64,000 bases of DNA from a virus (taxonomy: Duplodnaviria; Heunggongvirae; Uroviricota; Caudoviricetes): IMG/VR virus record IMGVR_UViG_3300033067_001661, positions 141,624 to 205,623 of that record, one strand, 5' to 3'. Below the pieces are notes generated by a model. It searched no databases. It was not told the DNA's origin and saw nothing but the letters and a program-made list of their open reading frames with translations. Numbering within the stretch: the stretch's first letter is position 1; each line of letters begins with the position of its first letter. Shown piece by piece: positions 10,801 to 20,819 of this stretch. The position numbers were made by a program, and so were the translations under genes.

Positions 10801-12534
10801 GGTATCGAGCGCTCTATAAACTCGATAGCCCGCAACCGCTTCAGTTGGAGCAGCGCTCCATTGAATTGTATTTTGCCTATCCGCAGCGAAACCTATCTGT
10901 TGTCTTGGAGGAGGCGGTTTAGGAAGATCAACAAAATCGGCAAAGTCAAACGAAATTGTCCTTGTCTGGCTTTGATTACCAAACTCGTCAACGCAGTATA
11001 TATCAAAACGATACCTGCTATTTGCTACTGCATAAGACGAACTCAAACTATAAATAGTAGAACGACCAACATTAAGTTGATCAATCAAGACCGTATCGGT
11101 AAGAGTTCCTAGATCTGTTCTTGTTATAGAAAGAACATTATAGCTAAATATTGACTTAGAATTCTCCCATCTCAAAATAAGTGTTCTGTCAGGCTTATCT
11201 GTTACAGAAAGAGACTGAACGGCTTCTGGCTCTTGAAAAGTTCTAGTAAAATGCCGAACTCTTTTACCTAAACTCTTAAGACCATCAGCGTCAACGTTTC
11301 TAACTGTTATGTAATACAACGTTCTAGGTTCTATGGACTTGTAAAATGTTTGACCATTATTCTTGTAAGGAAAGACCTCAATAGAACGATACGGAACACC
11401 CACAAGCGTTGGAATCCAATCCGAAGTTACAACCGTTCCGTCCGATCTATACTCTTCTATCAATATTTCAGCAGCGCCGGTGAAGTTTAGATATGGATCG
11501 GTATAAGAAATCCAAGATATATTGATACCATTCGTTGAAGCTCCTGAATCAGAAGCATAATCAACTATTTCAACCTGAACAACGTCAGGAGGACCATCTA
11601 TCTCAACAGGCAAACCAAGTCTCGTAACTCCTTCAGATTCAATATCCCAACGAGTAACCGTTTTCAAAACGATTAGATACCTTTGACCATTCTCAAGACC
11701 GTCAATACTAATATCAGCTTTAGAAGAATCAACTTCATATACAGACTGGTCTCCTATTGGTATTCTTTCTTCATTAACAGGAGTCATGTAAACTCTGTAT
11801 GCAAAAACGTTTCCATAAGGAGCGGAATTCCATGAAATATGCAAAACATTACTTGAGTTACCAATTCTAACATTACTTGGATTAGCAGGAACACTCAAGT
11901 CCTTTTCAGTTATCACAAGAACAGCGGATGAAAGCGGACTTGCATTCCCGCTAAAATCATATGCTTTCACCTTGTAATAGTATATTGAGTTTTCTTCTAA
12001 ATCCGTATCGCTAAATTCATTTGAGGACGTTTCTGAAATAAGAGAATAAGAGATGTTATCTCTACTCCTATATATCTCATAAACATCAAAATCAACATCT
12101 GAACTAGCTGTCCAACTTATTGTTGCAGAATCAATAGACTTTGTAACAATATAAAGCCCTGATGGTTGAGCAGGAGGAGTTGAGTCAACATAATCAATTG
12201 AAAGGAAATTGGAAAAGGCGCTAATCTGCCCAATTACGCCAGGCCTCATTCTCATCCATACATATACTGTACTATTATCAAGCAATGATTTCTTGTAGTC
12301 TCCAAACGTTCTAATAATGTATCTGTCAATCATTCCCCAACCGCTCGAAACATTCAGAGTCAAAGATGACGGAGTTGACAATTCCCAGCCTTCTATGACA
12401 CCAGGGCCAATAAGGTCTGAAATAAAAGCCATATGCGAATCTATACTCATAAACCTACGAGTATCTACAATTTCAGAGTAGATATCGCCAGTTATGAATG
12501 CTTCAAGTCCAAAATGTGGTGTTCTAACAGGCAT
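7864..12534 (-). CDS. Tail fibre/baseplate-attached protein with FN3 repeats, Asp-box beta-propeller and Gly/Ser-rich tail
   Basis: 1556 aa; FN3 signatures (ISWTAS..DFDVYEIYRS..YYYKVKAYDFSGNAS) repeated about six times; YTSEDFGVSW and ETYNSGVAW Asp-boxes; GS/SGTN-rich C-terminus. Confidence 0.75.
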   Translation of the reverse strand: MPVRTPHFGLEAFITGDIYSEIVDTRRFMSIDSHMAFISDLIGPGVIEGWELSTPSSLTLNVSSGWGMIDRYIIRTFGDYKKSLLDNSTVYVWMRMRPGVIGQISAFSNFLSIDYVDSTPPAQPSGLYIVTKSIDSATISWTASSDVDFDVYEIYRSRDNISYSLISETSSNEFSDTDLEENSIYYYKVKAYDFSGNASPLSSAVLVITEKDLSVPANPSNVRIGNSSNVLHISWNSAPYGNVFAYRVYMTPVNEERIPIGDQSVYEVDSSKADISIDGLENGQRYLIVLKTVTRWDIESEGVTRLGLPVEIDGPPDVVQVEIVDYASDSGASTNGINISWISYTDPYLNFTGAAEILIEEYRSDGTVVTSDWIPTLVGVPYRSIEVFPYKNNGQTFYKSIEPRTLYYITVRNVDADGLKSLGKRVRHFTRTFQEPEAVQSLSVTDKPDRTLILRWENSKSIFSYNVLSITRTDLGTLTDTVLIDQLNVGRSTIYSLSSSYAVANSRYRFDIYCVDEFGNQSQTRTISFDFADFVDLPKPPPPRQQIGFAADRQNTIQWSAAPTEAVAGYRVYRALDTVSIEPGDFSLIETVSATTFSYTDYEVENETTYIYFVTTVDLFGQESLNPIDDSYINYALITLRPTSSTTLNPPAALSYSLNGQNVQLTWQPTAGQFDGYEIYRSIGNKFSFQLIATVLPAVTYYVDANALTKTGKAYYIVRKFRNEADLFVTESNIQVSNAILLGKVITKNGVSEFDLSSVRNIAKLEDPVRTETVNRLAVHKHEYIDEENDRRINLSDVITVSDWETSDNQTYTTQTDISETTIYSVYLNGEEASSYGVLFSLNKVEGSLNFEIRLAATGFELTEQTFPFSEPPTVEVRFSNLEEVQNILPKSRINGVSAQQVGVGVFEKVQIPSINHGGRIKERLEPVQISTLTVDDGYRYAPVDGEEDLGDGIVFYCIMQAHGDSDVLIAGTSDGIYTSEDFGVSWDRRFETITPVLRFFYSEKYQTYFAATNRGILFGRGGQAGDFSIWTEVAGAENAKIIRDICEDEDGNVFCSSDLGVYKLRRDIGQGSFFFQQTPIFGPRSTEAYAMLRDEDRSRIVVSNELGIFETYNSGVAWTFSDEFTEQRPIFALVASNGYLFAITDYMLWRKSPSSQFFERIGVMENASISRKMVIWNDRIYITTDSGLMATISDSDIYADLTVTFEQAFSQLKVNDEILPATSLDVIDNKLFVGSEDKLFISDRPGRLSLHWENESEVIPTVYVNGEKQFIGYRFSTSQDRLRKFVCFDVKQKLNSVITVANQYKKYKAKYGGWADTNYISAVSLFIDGKRMNKMSVSEKPAVAIASLVLPTYNDRNAHKVGADLAKAKFEDSRTKLLAVERNSDGQITALTGFSKDNVVSTLYGIERFLSQIYEGARVVQVTNADGTTSEQPFTVPAFRVILLNPTELVNKAVFGSFGSYKDWARDADNSTSSNIGSFGSELNTDGILPESLIGSSGSLGSNGGGGSIGGGSSVSNDDTTSGADSSSGTNSGTNSGSGTGSGTNSGIRNNEGGG
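7867..8060 (-). repeat. Low-complexity Gly/Ser/Thr/Asn coding repeat (SGTN units)
   Basis: Imperfect cccgaa(t/c) units at ~7890-7950 on the plus strand; they encode SGTNSGTNSGSGTGSGTNSG with varied codons. Confidence 0.7.
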
Positions 12535-15500
12535 TTAGATCTTAACTCTCATGCTGACAAATTCATTATTCTCAAGCTCAAACATAATTGAGAAGTTCTT
12601 TACTACAGGAACATCGGAATACGAACCGCAATAGACCTGAGAAGTAGCGTCATTGGCCTTGAATGTAAACGAGTTACTGTTGTTTTCAAATACTTCTCCA
12701 TTGAAAACGTCTATAGACAAGTAATAAGTTTTAGCGGCATCAATATTTGAAAGTAAAGGCGTATAGTTTATCGTCGCTGTTTGTCCAGGATTTAACGTCT
12801 TACCAGAAACTGGCAAAGCGAATTCGTCTGCGAACCAATTAGCGATATCATTTCCGCTAAATGCCGTATGTTTAAGATCCGTTCTTTCAGGGTCATTGTA
12901 GAACCTTACTCTAAAATGATAAGTCTCAATGTTGGCTGTTGTATTGGTGAAATCAAAGCTTATTGTATCAACATAAGTTGTTCCGCATGACTGAGTAAAT
13001 GAGTAGTTGTCATAAACCGTCAAGGTTTCAACCTCATTCGTCATTTCTACTTTGACATAGTAGTATGTATTGCATCGAAGAGGAGTGTTTCCTATTGGAG
13101 TAAAGGACATTGCTGTAGTATTGTTTGGTGGAAGGACTACTCCGCCAGTTGGGAATATGTCTCCATCAGAACTAAATCCAACATAAGAATCGCTACTATC
13201 AGCATAGTAAACAAGATTCGTTAGCCCTGGGTCTTCGTAGAAGCTAACCTTGAAATTACAAGTTCTTTCAAGATTATCCTCGTTCTTGAATGACCACTCG
13301 ACAGCATTTAACAAAAGAGGCAACCCATACGGGCTATACTCTTCAGGAACAAGGCCAGAAGCTTCAGCCTTTGTTGGAGTAATAAGTCTTACACCAACCC
13401 TAAGGCCACTACCAACTTGAGAATCATCAGTTGTAAAGATTCTATTCTCATCAACTATCTGATACTCTGCAAAATCAGTAGAGTTATTCGTATTGATACC
13501 AAAAACAACGTCAGCGGAAACGGGAAGCAACTTGGTCGAAGTTACTATTCCGCTCTTAACTCTGCTTGGAAGCACAAAGTTCGTAGTAAAGAAGTGCGTC
13601 GAATCGCTAGAAATGCTCTTGATTATAACATTTCTCAAAGACGGACTCAAACCTCTAACTCTACTCTTCATGACTACCTTGAACTGTATAAACTGACCAG
13701 TCAAGAATGATATATCAGAACTCTGATCTTTACCGTCAACAGAGAATTCAAAAGCTTTATCAAGCAACTCGTCCTTTGTTGCGGCTGTCTTAACATAAAT
13801 AGTAACACTTGTATTATCTGGTATGGTTGCGTCCCAAGATATCTTATCCCAAGCAACAAGATTATTTGTTCCATTGAAGATTTCGCTGAAGTATTCTCCA
13901 CTCTCCTCTTCAACTATATCAGCCGAGTAGAACCTATCGTTTCCTTCTCTTATTGCAACCGCATTTCCGAATTCGTCTATTTTGAGAACTCTGTTGCGAT
14001 TAATAAACGATGCAAGATCAGATATGGAAATTTCGTCAAAGAGATTCTCATTAAGCGTTGATTGCGCATCGTCAGTGTAAAGATTGGTTTCATTACCAGC
14101 CCTATCAATGAGTTTCAAATAAACTCTCTTGACATTTTCAGCCCTTCCAATCTTATAGATGTAAGAGTCAGAAACAAACCAAACCGCATTGTCAAGACCG
14201 CCAATAACATCTCTAACTTGCTCATTATGAGTGTATTTTGCATTCCATACATTATCTAATGCATAAACTGTATTACCTATAGCGGCATAAAGCTTATCAG
14301 AAATAGTTCTGATAGAATGGACTGCTGAAGGAACAGTCTTGAATGAATGAACAAATGGAGAATCAGGAACCTTAGACCTCTTAATCTGTCCATTTGCTGA
14401 CATTCCCGCAAATATGTATCCTTGTCCGTTTACAGTTGCCTTGCCAATACTCAAGACATTCCTATCAGCATTAACGTCAACAATCTGTTGAGTACGATTC
14501 TTTGGATCAAGCTTGTATATACGACCCTCATATCCTGTTGCCGCATAAAGCTCTCTATCAGATTCAACAAGGGAATATATAGCTCCGCTTATGTTTCTGA
14601 AAACTTCAGTTGTTGTTGTACCGTCAAAGGAATACAAAGCACCATATCCACCGCCACCGCCGCCAAAGTAAAGAACCTCGTCAAAGACAACGGCGCAGTA
14701 AGCATGAGTATTGGAAGGAAGAGTTCGAAGCAAATCAAACTTCATAGTTGACGAGTTCATAACCCATAACTTTCCAGAACCGTTAGGGCTACCTGTTCCA
14801 GCGTATATTCTACCCTGATACTCAATAAGGAACTCAACAGAAGCGCTTGGATTTGCAACACCGCCAACAACATCCAAAGTATCTATAAGATCCCATGTCT
14901 GGTCAACACCGTTGTAACGATAGACATTGGCTGGCTCGGCTGTGCCTGCCATCATTGCTTGATTTCCGCCAATAGGCTGATAGCTTAGAAGCCTACGACC
15001 CTTGCCGCTCTCAAAAGTAAACTGCCTACTTACGCTATCAAATATCTCTCCAACGTTATGAAGCAAGAATCTTGTAAAGACAATAGGCTCTAACGGAGTT
15101 TCTCCGTCTGAAGTAAAGTTAGTGAAATTGGAAACAATCATCTTGTCAATGCCCGAAACGTCGTCAAAGACTCCTTCTACATCATCCTCAAGAGGCGATA
15201 CATTAACCTCAAAAATACTTCTTTCTCTTCTTGTTCCAAGAGTAATCTTTCCTCTTGGTGGAGTTCTGTCAAGAATGATCTTATCAAACGGAAGATCGCT
15301 AACAGAGTCATTTATCTGAAGAGTGTTTATGTCTCCGCCGGTCGAGGCAAAGATACTTCCATTCGCCGATACAAGCCTTTCAAGTCTTGTTGCCTTATTG
15401 CCAAGAGCAATTTGCTGAGCTTTATTCTGAGCAAAAGTTCCAATCTTCTCAATATCAAAACGAACATTAACTTTGATAATATCTGTTTCAGAAAGAGGAT

Positions 15501-18500
15501 AGCTAAATCTCAATAACTTATCGCTAGGAGAGAACGAGTACCCTCTTGTTATCTTATTACCATTCAAGATAACTTCATATACCGTATTCTTGGAAATTAC
15601 TCTGTTGTCAAGACCAACAACTCGGAATGTCTGTAGGTCATCATTCCTCTTTGGCAAAACAGCGTTAAGCGTAAAGTCCGAACTTCTAAACTTGGTTATC
15701 TCTGTTCTTTCCGTTGTAAAAGACTCTTCTGTAAAAGTTATCTGGAACAAATTATAACCCGAAGCAATCCATAGAATATTGGGATTTCTCCACCTAATGG
15801 CTTTTGCATTTACAAAGATTGGAAGGTTTACGTCGCCAACCCCAACCTGAGTTGCAGCAGCAGGAGGAGCATTGGTGTTATCAAAATTCAACGGAGAAAT
15901 TCCAACACCAATCATCTTATTGACGCCTGCTGTTGTGGCTATATACCTAATAGCTGTATTACGAATTGCTATATCGTTAATCTTGTTAGAGTTAAGACCG
16001 TTTGCTGTTGTAAAGACAGAAATCTCTCCGCCGCTATAACGAATAAGACCTTCTTCGGAACCAATCCAGGCAACATTTGAAGCATCAACCTTTACGGTCG
16101 TAATCTTATTAGTTGGCAATCCAGAATTCTGGTCAATCTTGATTATATCGTCGTCAGCAACCGCAATAGTCCTTACTGTTGTTGCATTTTCTTTTGTCAA
16201 AACAAGACTTGAATATATGTTGTTTAGACTAACAATGTACAGTCCCTCGCTAGAAGCAATGTACAAGTTATTAAGTCCGTCAATATCAACACAAACAGGT
16301 TTTGCTGGTAAGTTTCCAGAAAGCTTGAAGAAGTATGAATGGTCAGAGCTTGCGTAAATGCCACTAGAGGTTGACAAGAACATATTAGCTTTCTTGTCAA
16401 AAGAAATTGAGTTTACAGAAAGACCTTTGATGTTGTAATTATCAGAATCAAGCAAATAAGCCTTACTCGTATCTCTGTCATAGTACATCAAACCAATTGA
16501 TGTTCCAAACCAAGAATCTCCATTGTTATTGCTTGCAACAGCCAAAACTTCAGTCTTTGGCATATTTGTTGTTGCCGAAGAAACAAGACTTATATTGAAT
16601 GGATTCACAGCGTCCGATAGGTAGTATCTAAGATTTCCAATAACAAATCTAGAAGCTAAATTATCTGAGAAATCTCCAAACCTAAGCTCTTTTCTATTCA
16701 AATCGCCGTCAAGTCTTCGTTCGCCAAATAAAGTCGTTTCATGATCAGAAACATTATAATCAGGAACAAAGCTAAAATCATAAATCAAGTCTCTTACTTG
16801 ACCAAAAATGTCATTATTATACAGTATCTCTCTTGGGCTTGAAACTTGTAAGTTCTCAAAAAGTATATGCAAGTTACCACTAAACTTAGAAGGTATATTA
16901 GGCCTAAAAACTTCCTTAGGTAGTCCGAAATCAAAATCAACATCAAATGAAGCTGTATAAGAAGAAGGCTTGTCCTGATTACTGCTATACCAAACCTGAG
17001 AAGAAGCGTCCCACTTCAACATTGCAATAGACGGGCTTTTCAAACTAACGTCACTTGCTCTTGCTACATATGGGTCATAAGGCGAAACAATTTTCTCTTG
17101 TTGTTTTTCGAATACTACAAAAATATCGCCTGTTGACGAGTTGAGTCCAGCCTTAGGATGAGTAGAGTCATAGTCGCCTGTTGTAAGCTGCAAAACAGAC
17201 TTTGCGAAAACCAATCTAGGATTGATTTGCCTTCCAAAAAGCTGTATGTTGTTATCAACAGTATCTTGCCAAACAACAAAGACTTGACCTTTCAAATCAA
17301 TACAAATGGTAGAGTTATCTGCTCGTACAGACCCTGTACCAGAAACAGAAAAGTCAAAGCCTCCTTGAGCCGCAGAATTCCACTTCTTTTGTCCGTCGTC
17401 ATAAACAGCCATCTTAATTGACGAAGAACCGTTTCTCTCAAAAGCTGTCCAAGACATATATAAAGAAGTGTTGTTAGAAATAATAGCAGGTCTCTTTGCT
17501 CCAACAGCTTCGTTTGTGACCTGAATATCCTGCTTACCAAATGCATTACTCTCCCATTGTCCGTTTGACGCATTTCTGCGACAGTAGAAAATCTGAGGCT
17601 GAGACGCTCTATGATCTTCCCAAACAACGTGAGCATTATTCTTGCTATCAATAGCAATCTTTGGAGCAAACGAATCATAAAGATTTGACGTAAGCAAATA
17701 TGGCTCAGACCATCCATTCACATTCTTTGTTATAACCGCAATATCTGTATAATCAGATCTTGTTGTTTCATAAACAACGTAGATATTTCCATAACTATCA
17801 ACGGCTATACTAGGATTGGATGAACTAAAATCGTCAGATACAATAAGCTCCGGCTCTGACCATTCAGTGTTAGCATCATAGTAGCTATAATAGAGTTGTC
17901 TTCTATTGATACCCTTACCGTCGTCATGCCATACCGCATGAGTCTTTCCTGTAGAATCACAGAACACAGAAGGTCTAGCCGCATTTCCTTGATTAGTTGC
18001 GGCAAGCTTTATCGTTGTTTCAGCAATCAGCTTGTAAGACTGATCGCTTGCTTTCTTTCCATAGAGTTTGATTCTTGTCTTCTTTCCAACAAGTCTATAA
18101 TCAGTCAACTCAGTTGTATCATACAAGAATGATCTTTCTGCGCCTTCAAAGATAATCTCTTGAGGCAAGAACCATATGTTTTCGCTACACAAACCATCAT
18201 TAACATATATACCCGTTCCTTTTGGCTTACCTGTATTAGACGGAGTATCGCTATCCTCAAAATCATCTATTCTAAGGCTAAAGTCGATTGTCCATCCGCG
18301 AGAATTATCAACTCTTTCAAACCAAGGCGTGCCCTTCTTCCTATGACAGTAAAACCATTTACCTGTAGAGTATGTTCCATATGGGCTTGGATTGTAAGTA
18401 TCGGTAACTTGATAATCGCCTCTAAGGGCCAAGCTAGGAAACAGCGCGGTTCTTGAGATAGCATCTAATCTAATCGCCGATTGAGAAGCAACAGAAATAT

Positions 18501-20814
18501 CATTCGAAAAAACATCAAAGAAGAGAGAGAAGAAATAGTTTGTTGACAAAGATGCTTCTTTGATTTCGTCAACAACCTGAGATACGCTCTTATTAACAAG
18601 ATCCGTTGTAAACGCAACGGTGTTTGTTCCTGCTAGATATATTGTCAAAACACTATTTGCAATTTCAATCTCAAACTCATAGCTAAAAATTGAATCATAA
18701 AGAGATATGAAAGAGATAGCTTCGGTATTAACTGTTGAAAATATCTCAACAGTGCTTGAAGATAAGTCCGCCTGCTTAGAAGAAATAGTTGTATCAATAA
18801 CAAGACCTTCTTCAATATAGCTTGCTGCGTCAAAAGTTGTTGTTTTAACAAGCTCCCACAAGTTTATTGCCGGGTCAAATCCTGCTATAAAAACAGAATC
18901 GCTATCATACTTTGGTATGAAATATCCATCGAAAAAGCTTGCCCCATAACCATGTCCTATATAGAGAATGCCTTCGTCAGGAGAGGTTGCAATAGAGTTA
19001 ATTTTCGTATCAAAAACATCAACATTCTCTGTTGCGGCAAGAGAAGGTTGTTCTGTTTCTATGATCTTATAAACAACTCCACTTTCTGTTGGGTTGATTG
19101 GATTTGCAGCAACAAGAACATTACCCTCATGCTCCGTAATATCCGCAAGAGACATTCCAGTAAAGTCAACAAATCTCTCAAGCCTTATATCTGAATAAAC
19201 AGAGGAACCAGGGTCAAATGCTCCGTCAACATTATAAACAACTCTCTTGAACAAACCTATAGCTTCAGAACCTCCATTAGAACCAATTTCAATAAACCTA
19301 TCCGAAGCAGATTCCTTGAACTCGCCCGTTCCGTCTATAATAAGGCTATTCTGTATGTAAACCTTAATGTCATCAGCCTTAGCCGTAACAATGAGATTTC
19401 TAGGAACAGTCATATCAATATCAAAAATCTTGACATTAGACTTACCAAGCATGAGTTGGCACTTAGTTTCATAGAACCTTATTTCCGCAAATCTAGAACC
19501 GTCCGCAAAAGAGATTCTCTGATAGCCTTCGCCTGAAACGCTCAAAGACGCCTCAAATGTCCAGCCCTTTGAATTGCTAACTTCTCTTTCCCACAAGTTT
19601 CCGGCAACTCTAAAACTAGACGTTTCATAGTTTGTAAACAAGTCATTCTGATCGCTTGCAGAAACGGATACATAGTAATCAATACCTCTTCTAACAATGT
19701 TATCAGGTATGGTAAACTTATTATCATAAGTCTCTATTACATTTGTATAGACATTATCAGAACCAGGCGCTGTGCCTATCTTTATCTTGGCATATCTACT
19801 TGACCTATTGTACGGAGAAATAACGTCCCACTCAAGAGTTGGGTTTACGCTATTGACGTTCAAATTACTTACAAGGCCATCAACTCTTAGGTTGACCGTC
19901 CTAAATCCTGCGTCTTGAATAACAACAGTTCTTGAAGATACTGTTGTTCCTGTAAAAATACCGTCGCTAGGCGTTACAGTAAAGAACACTTCGTCATTGG
20001 GCTTCAAACCAAGTCTTACAAACTTTTCATCATTAGCTTCGCTAATGAGTTCATTGTTGATATACCATCTTATCTGGCTCTTATCTTGAACAAGCAAAGT
20101 CTGCGTATTTGGATCGTTTACGACATAGTTTGCTTCAAGTATGTCATTAACATTTGGGTTGATTGGTAAAATCTTGAGCGACTCTGTAACGGGAGGAAAC
20201 TTTATAATCCTAACGGCCTTTGCCGTTATTGTTGGTCCTTTCTCTAAATTGTCTACAGGCGTAATTTCACAATACCAAGAATCGCCATACCTAAGATACT
20301 CTTTAGATATCTTTTGATAGTTGTCAAACTGATCATAGTGAACGCCGTTCCTAATCCACTTAGTTTTGACCGTTACAGACTCAGACGACAAACCCAAGTC
20401 AAGTTCCAAATCAGTTTGTTCAGACGGCTCTTCGGGAGTTATGCTGGCATGAGTCAAGAATGGCAAACGATTAACAATAAAAACAAAACGAACCCATTCG
20501 CTTTCTTCGTTTGTCGTGTCTTTTACTCTTATTTGTCCATAGTATTTCTGACCGCGCTGCAAAAACTTTGGCTTAAATCTCCAATATTGAGATCTATCTC
20601 TTGCGTAAGGTTGGCTCAAAACGTCAGAAATATAGTTTCCTGTTCCCCAATTAACATTATGCGTTCCTATGCGTATTTCATAGGAAAGCTGCTTGATAGA
20701 CGGAGTTGTGGTCTGTATATCCCAATTAATCGTAATAACATCAAGAGGCACTTCGATTGAGGTGTCTTGTATGTTTGTATTGTTTATCTTTACCTGTGTA
20801 ATTGAAATGGACAT
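12535..20814 (-). CDS. Giant modular virion protein (Ig/FN3-like domains, several beta-propellers, tandem C-terminal Ig-like repeats)
   Basis: 2759 aa; FN3-like N-terminus (QLSYEIRIGT..LQRGQKYYGQIRVKD); blades HAVWHDD/YVVYE/HVVWEDHR/FVVWQD; sensor-type propeller repeats (SGLPTNKITTVKVDASNVAWIGSEEGLIRY); two C-terminal FxVxFYxDP repeats. Confidence 0.75.
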   Translation of the reverse strand: MSISITQVKINNTNIQDTSIEVPLDVITINWDIQTTTPSIKQLSYEIRIGTHNVNWGTGNYISDVLSQPYARDRSQYWRFKPKFLQRGQKYYGQIRVKDTTNEESEWVRFVFIVNRLPFLTHASITPEEPSEQTDLELDLGLSSESVTVKTKWIRNGVHYDQFDNYQKISKEYLRYGDSWYCEITPVDNLEKGPTITAKAVRIIKFPPVTESLKILPINPNVNDILEANYVVNDPNTQTLLVQDKSQIRWYINNELISEANDEKFVRLGLKPNDEVFFTVTPSDGIFTGTTVSSRTVVIQDAGFRTVNLRVDGLVSNLNVNSVNPTLEWDVISPYNRSSRYAKIKIGTAPGSDNVYTNVIETYDNKFTIPDNIVRRGIDYYVSVSASDQNDLFTNYETSSFRVAGNLWEREVSNSKGWTFEASLSVSGEGYQRISFADGSRFAEIRFYETKCQLMLGKSNVKIFDIDMTVPRNLIVTAKADDIKVYIQNSLIIDGTGEFKESASDRFIEIGSNGGSEAIGLFKRVVYNVDGAFDPGSSVYSDIRLERFVDFTGMSLADITEHEGNVLVAANPINPTESGVVYKIIETEQPSLAATENVDVFDTKINSIATSPDEGILYIGHGYGASFFDGYFIPKYDSDSVFIAGFDPAINLWELVKTTTFDAASYIEEGLVIDTTISSKQADLSSSTVEIFSTVNTEAISFISLYDSIFSYEFEIEIANSVLTIYLAGTNTVAFTTDLVNKSVSQVVDEIKEASLSTNYFFSLFFDVFSNDISVASQSAIRLDAISRTALFPSLALRGDYQVTDTYNPSPYGTYSTGKWFYCHRKKGTPWFERVDNSRGWTIDFSLRIDDFEDSDTPSNTGKPKGTGIYVNDGLCSENIWFLPQEIIFEGAERSFLYDTTELTDYRLVGKKTRIKLYGKKASDQSYKLIAETTIKLAATNQGNAARPSVFCDSTGKTHAVWHDDGKGINRRQLYYSYYDANTEWSEPELIVSDDFSSSNPSIAVDSYGNIYVVYETTRSDYTDIAVITKNVNGWSEPYLLTSNLYDSFAPKIAIDSKNNAHVVWEDHRASQPQIFYCRRNASNGQWESNAFGKQDIQVTNEAVGAKRPAIISNNTSLYMSWTAFERNGSSSIKMAVYDDGQKKWNSAAQGGFDFSVSGTGSVRADNSTICIDLKGQVFVVWQDTVDNNIQLFGRQINPRLVFAKSVLQLTTGDYDSTHPKAGLNSSTGDIFVVFEKQQEKIVSPYDPYVARASDVSLKSPSIAMLKWDASSQVWYSSNQDKPSSYTASFDVDFDFGLPKEVFRPNIPSKFSGNLHILFENLQVSSPREILYNNDIFGQVRDLIYDFSFVPDYNVSDHETTLFGERRLDGDLNRKELRFGDFSDNLASRFVIGNLRYYLSDAVNPFNISLVSSATTNMPKTEVLAVASNNNGDSWFGTSIGLMYYDRDTSKAYLLDSDNYNIKGLSVNSISFDKKANMFLSTSSGIYASSDHSYFFKLSGNLPAKPVCVDIDGLNNLYIASSEGLYIVSLNNIYSSLVLTKENATTVRTIAVADDDIIKIDQNSGLPTNKITTVKVDASNVAWIGSEEGLIRYSGGEISVFTTANGLNSNKINDIAIRNTAIRYIATTAGVNKMIGVGISPLNFDNTNAPPAAATQVGVGDVNLPIFVNAKAIRWRNPNILWIASGYNLFQITFTEESFTTERTEITKFRSSDFTLNAVLPKRNDDLQTFRVVGLDNRVISKNTVYEVILNGNKITRGYSFSPSDKLLRFSYPLSETDIIKVNVRFDIEKIGTFAQNKAQQIALGNKATRLERLVSANGSIFASTGGDINTLQINDSVSDLPFDKIILDRTPPRGKITLGTRRERSIFEVNVSPLEDDVEGVFDDVSGIDKMIVSNFTNFTSDGETPLEPIVFTRFLLHNVGEIFDSVSRQFTFESGKGRRLLSYQPIGGNQAMMAGTAEPANVYRYNGVDQTWDLIDTLDVVGGVANPSASVEFLIEYQGRIYAGTGSPNGSGKLWVMNSSTMKFDLLRTLPSNTHAYCAVVFDEVLYFGGGGGGYGALYSFDGTTTTEVFRNISGAIYSLVESDRELYAATGYEGRIYKLDPKNRTQQIVDVNADRNVLSIGKATVNGQGYIFAGMSANGQIKRSKVPDSPFVHSFKTVPSAVHSIRTISDKLYAAIGNTVYALDNVWNAKYTHNEQVRDVIGGLDNAVWFVSDSYIYKIGRAENVKRVYLKLIDRAGNETNLYTDDAQSTLNENLFDEISISDLASFINRNRVLKIDEFGNAVAIREGNDRFYSADIVEEESGEYFSEIFNGTNNLVAWDKISWDATIPDNTSVTIYVKTAATKDELLDKAFEFSVDGKDQSSDISFLTGQFIQFKVVMKSRVRGLSPSLRNVIIKSISSDSTHFFTTNFVLPSRVKSGIVTSTKLLPVSADVVFGINTNNSTDFAEYQIVDENRIFTTDDSQVGSGLRVGVRLITPTKAEASGLVPEEYSPYGLPLLLNAVEWSFKNEDNLERTCNFKVSFYEDPGLTNLVYYADSSDSYVGFSSDGDIFPTGGVVLPPNNTTAMSFTPIGNTPLRCNTYYYVKVEMTNEVETLTVYDNYSFTQSCGTTYVDTISFDFTNTTANIETYHFRVRFYNDPERTDLKHTAFSGNDIANWFADEFALPVSGKTLNPGQTATINYTPLLSNIDAAKTYYLSIDVFNGEVFENNSNSFTFKANDATSQVYCGSYSDVPVVKNFSIMFELENNEFVSMRVKI

Positions 20815-20819
20815 CTAGT

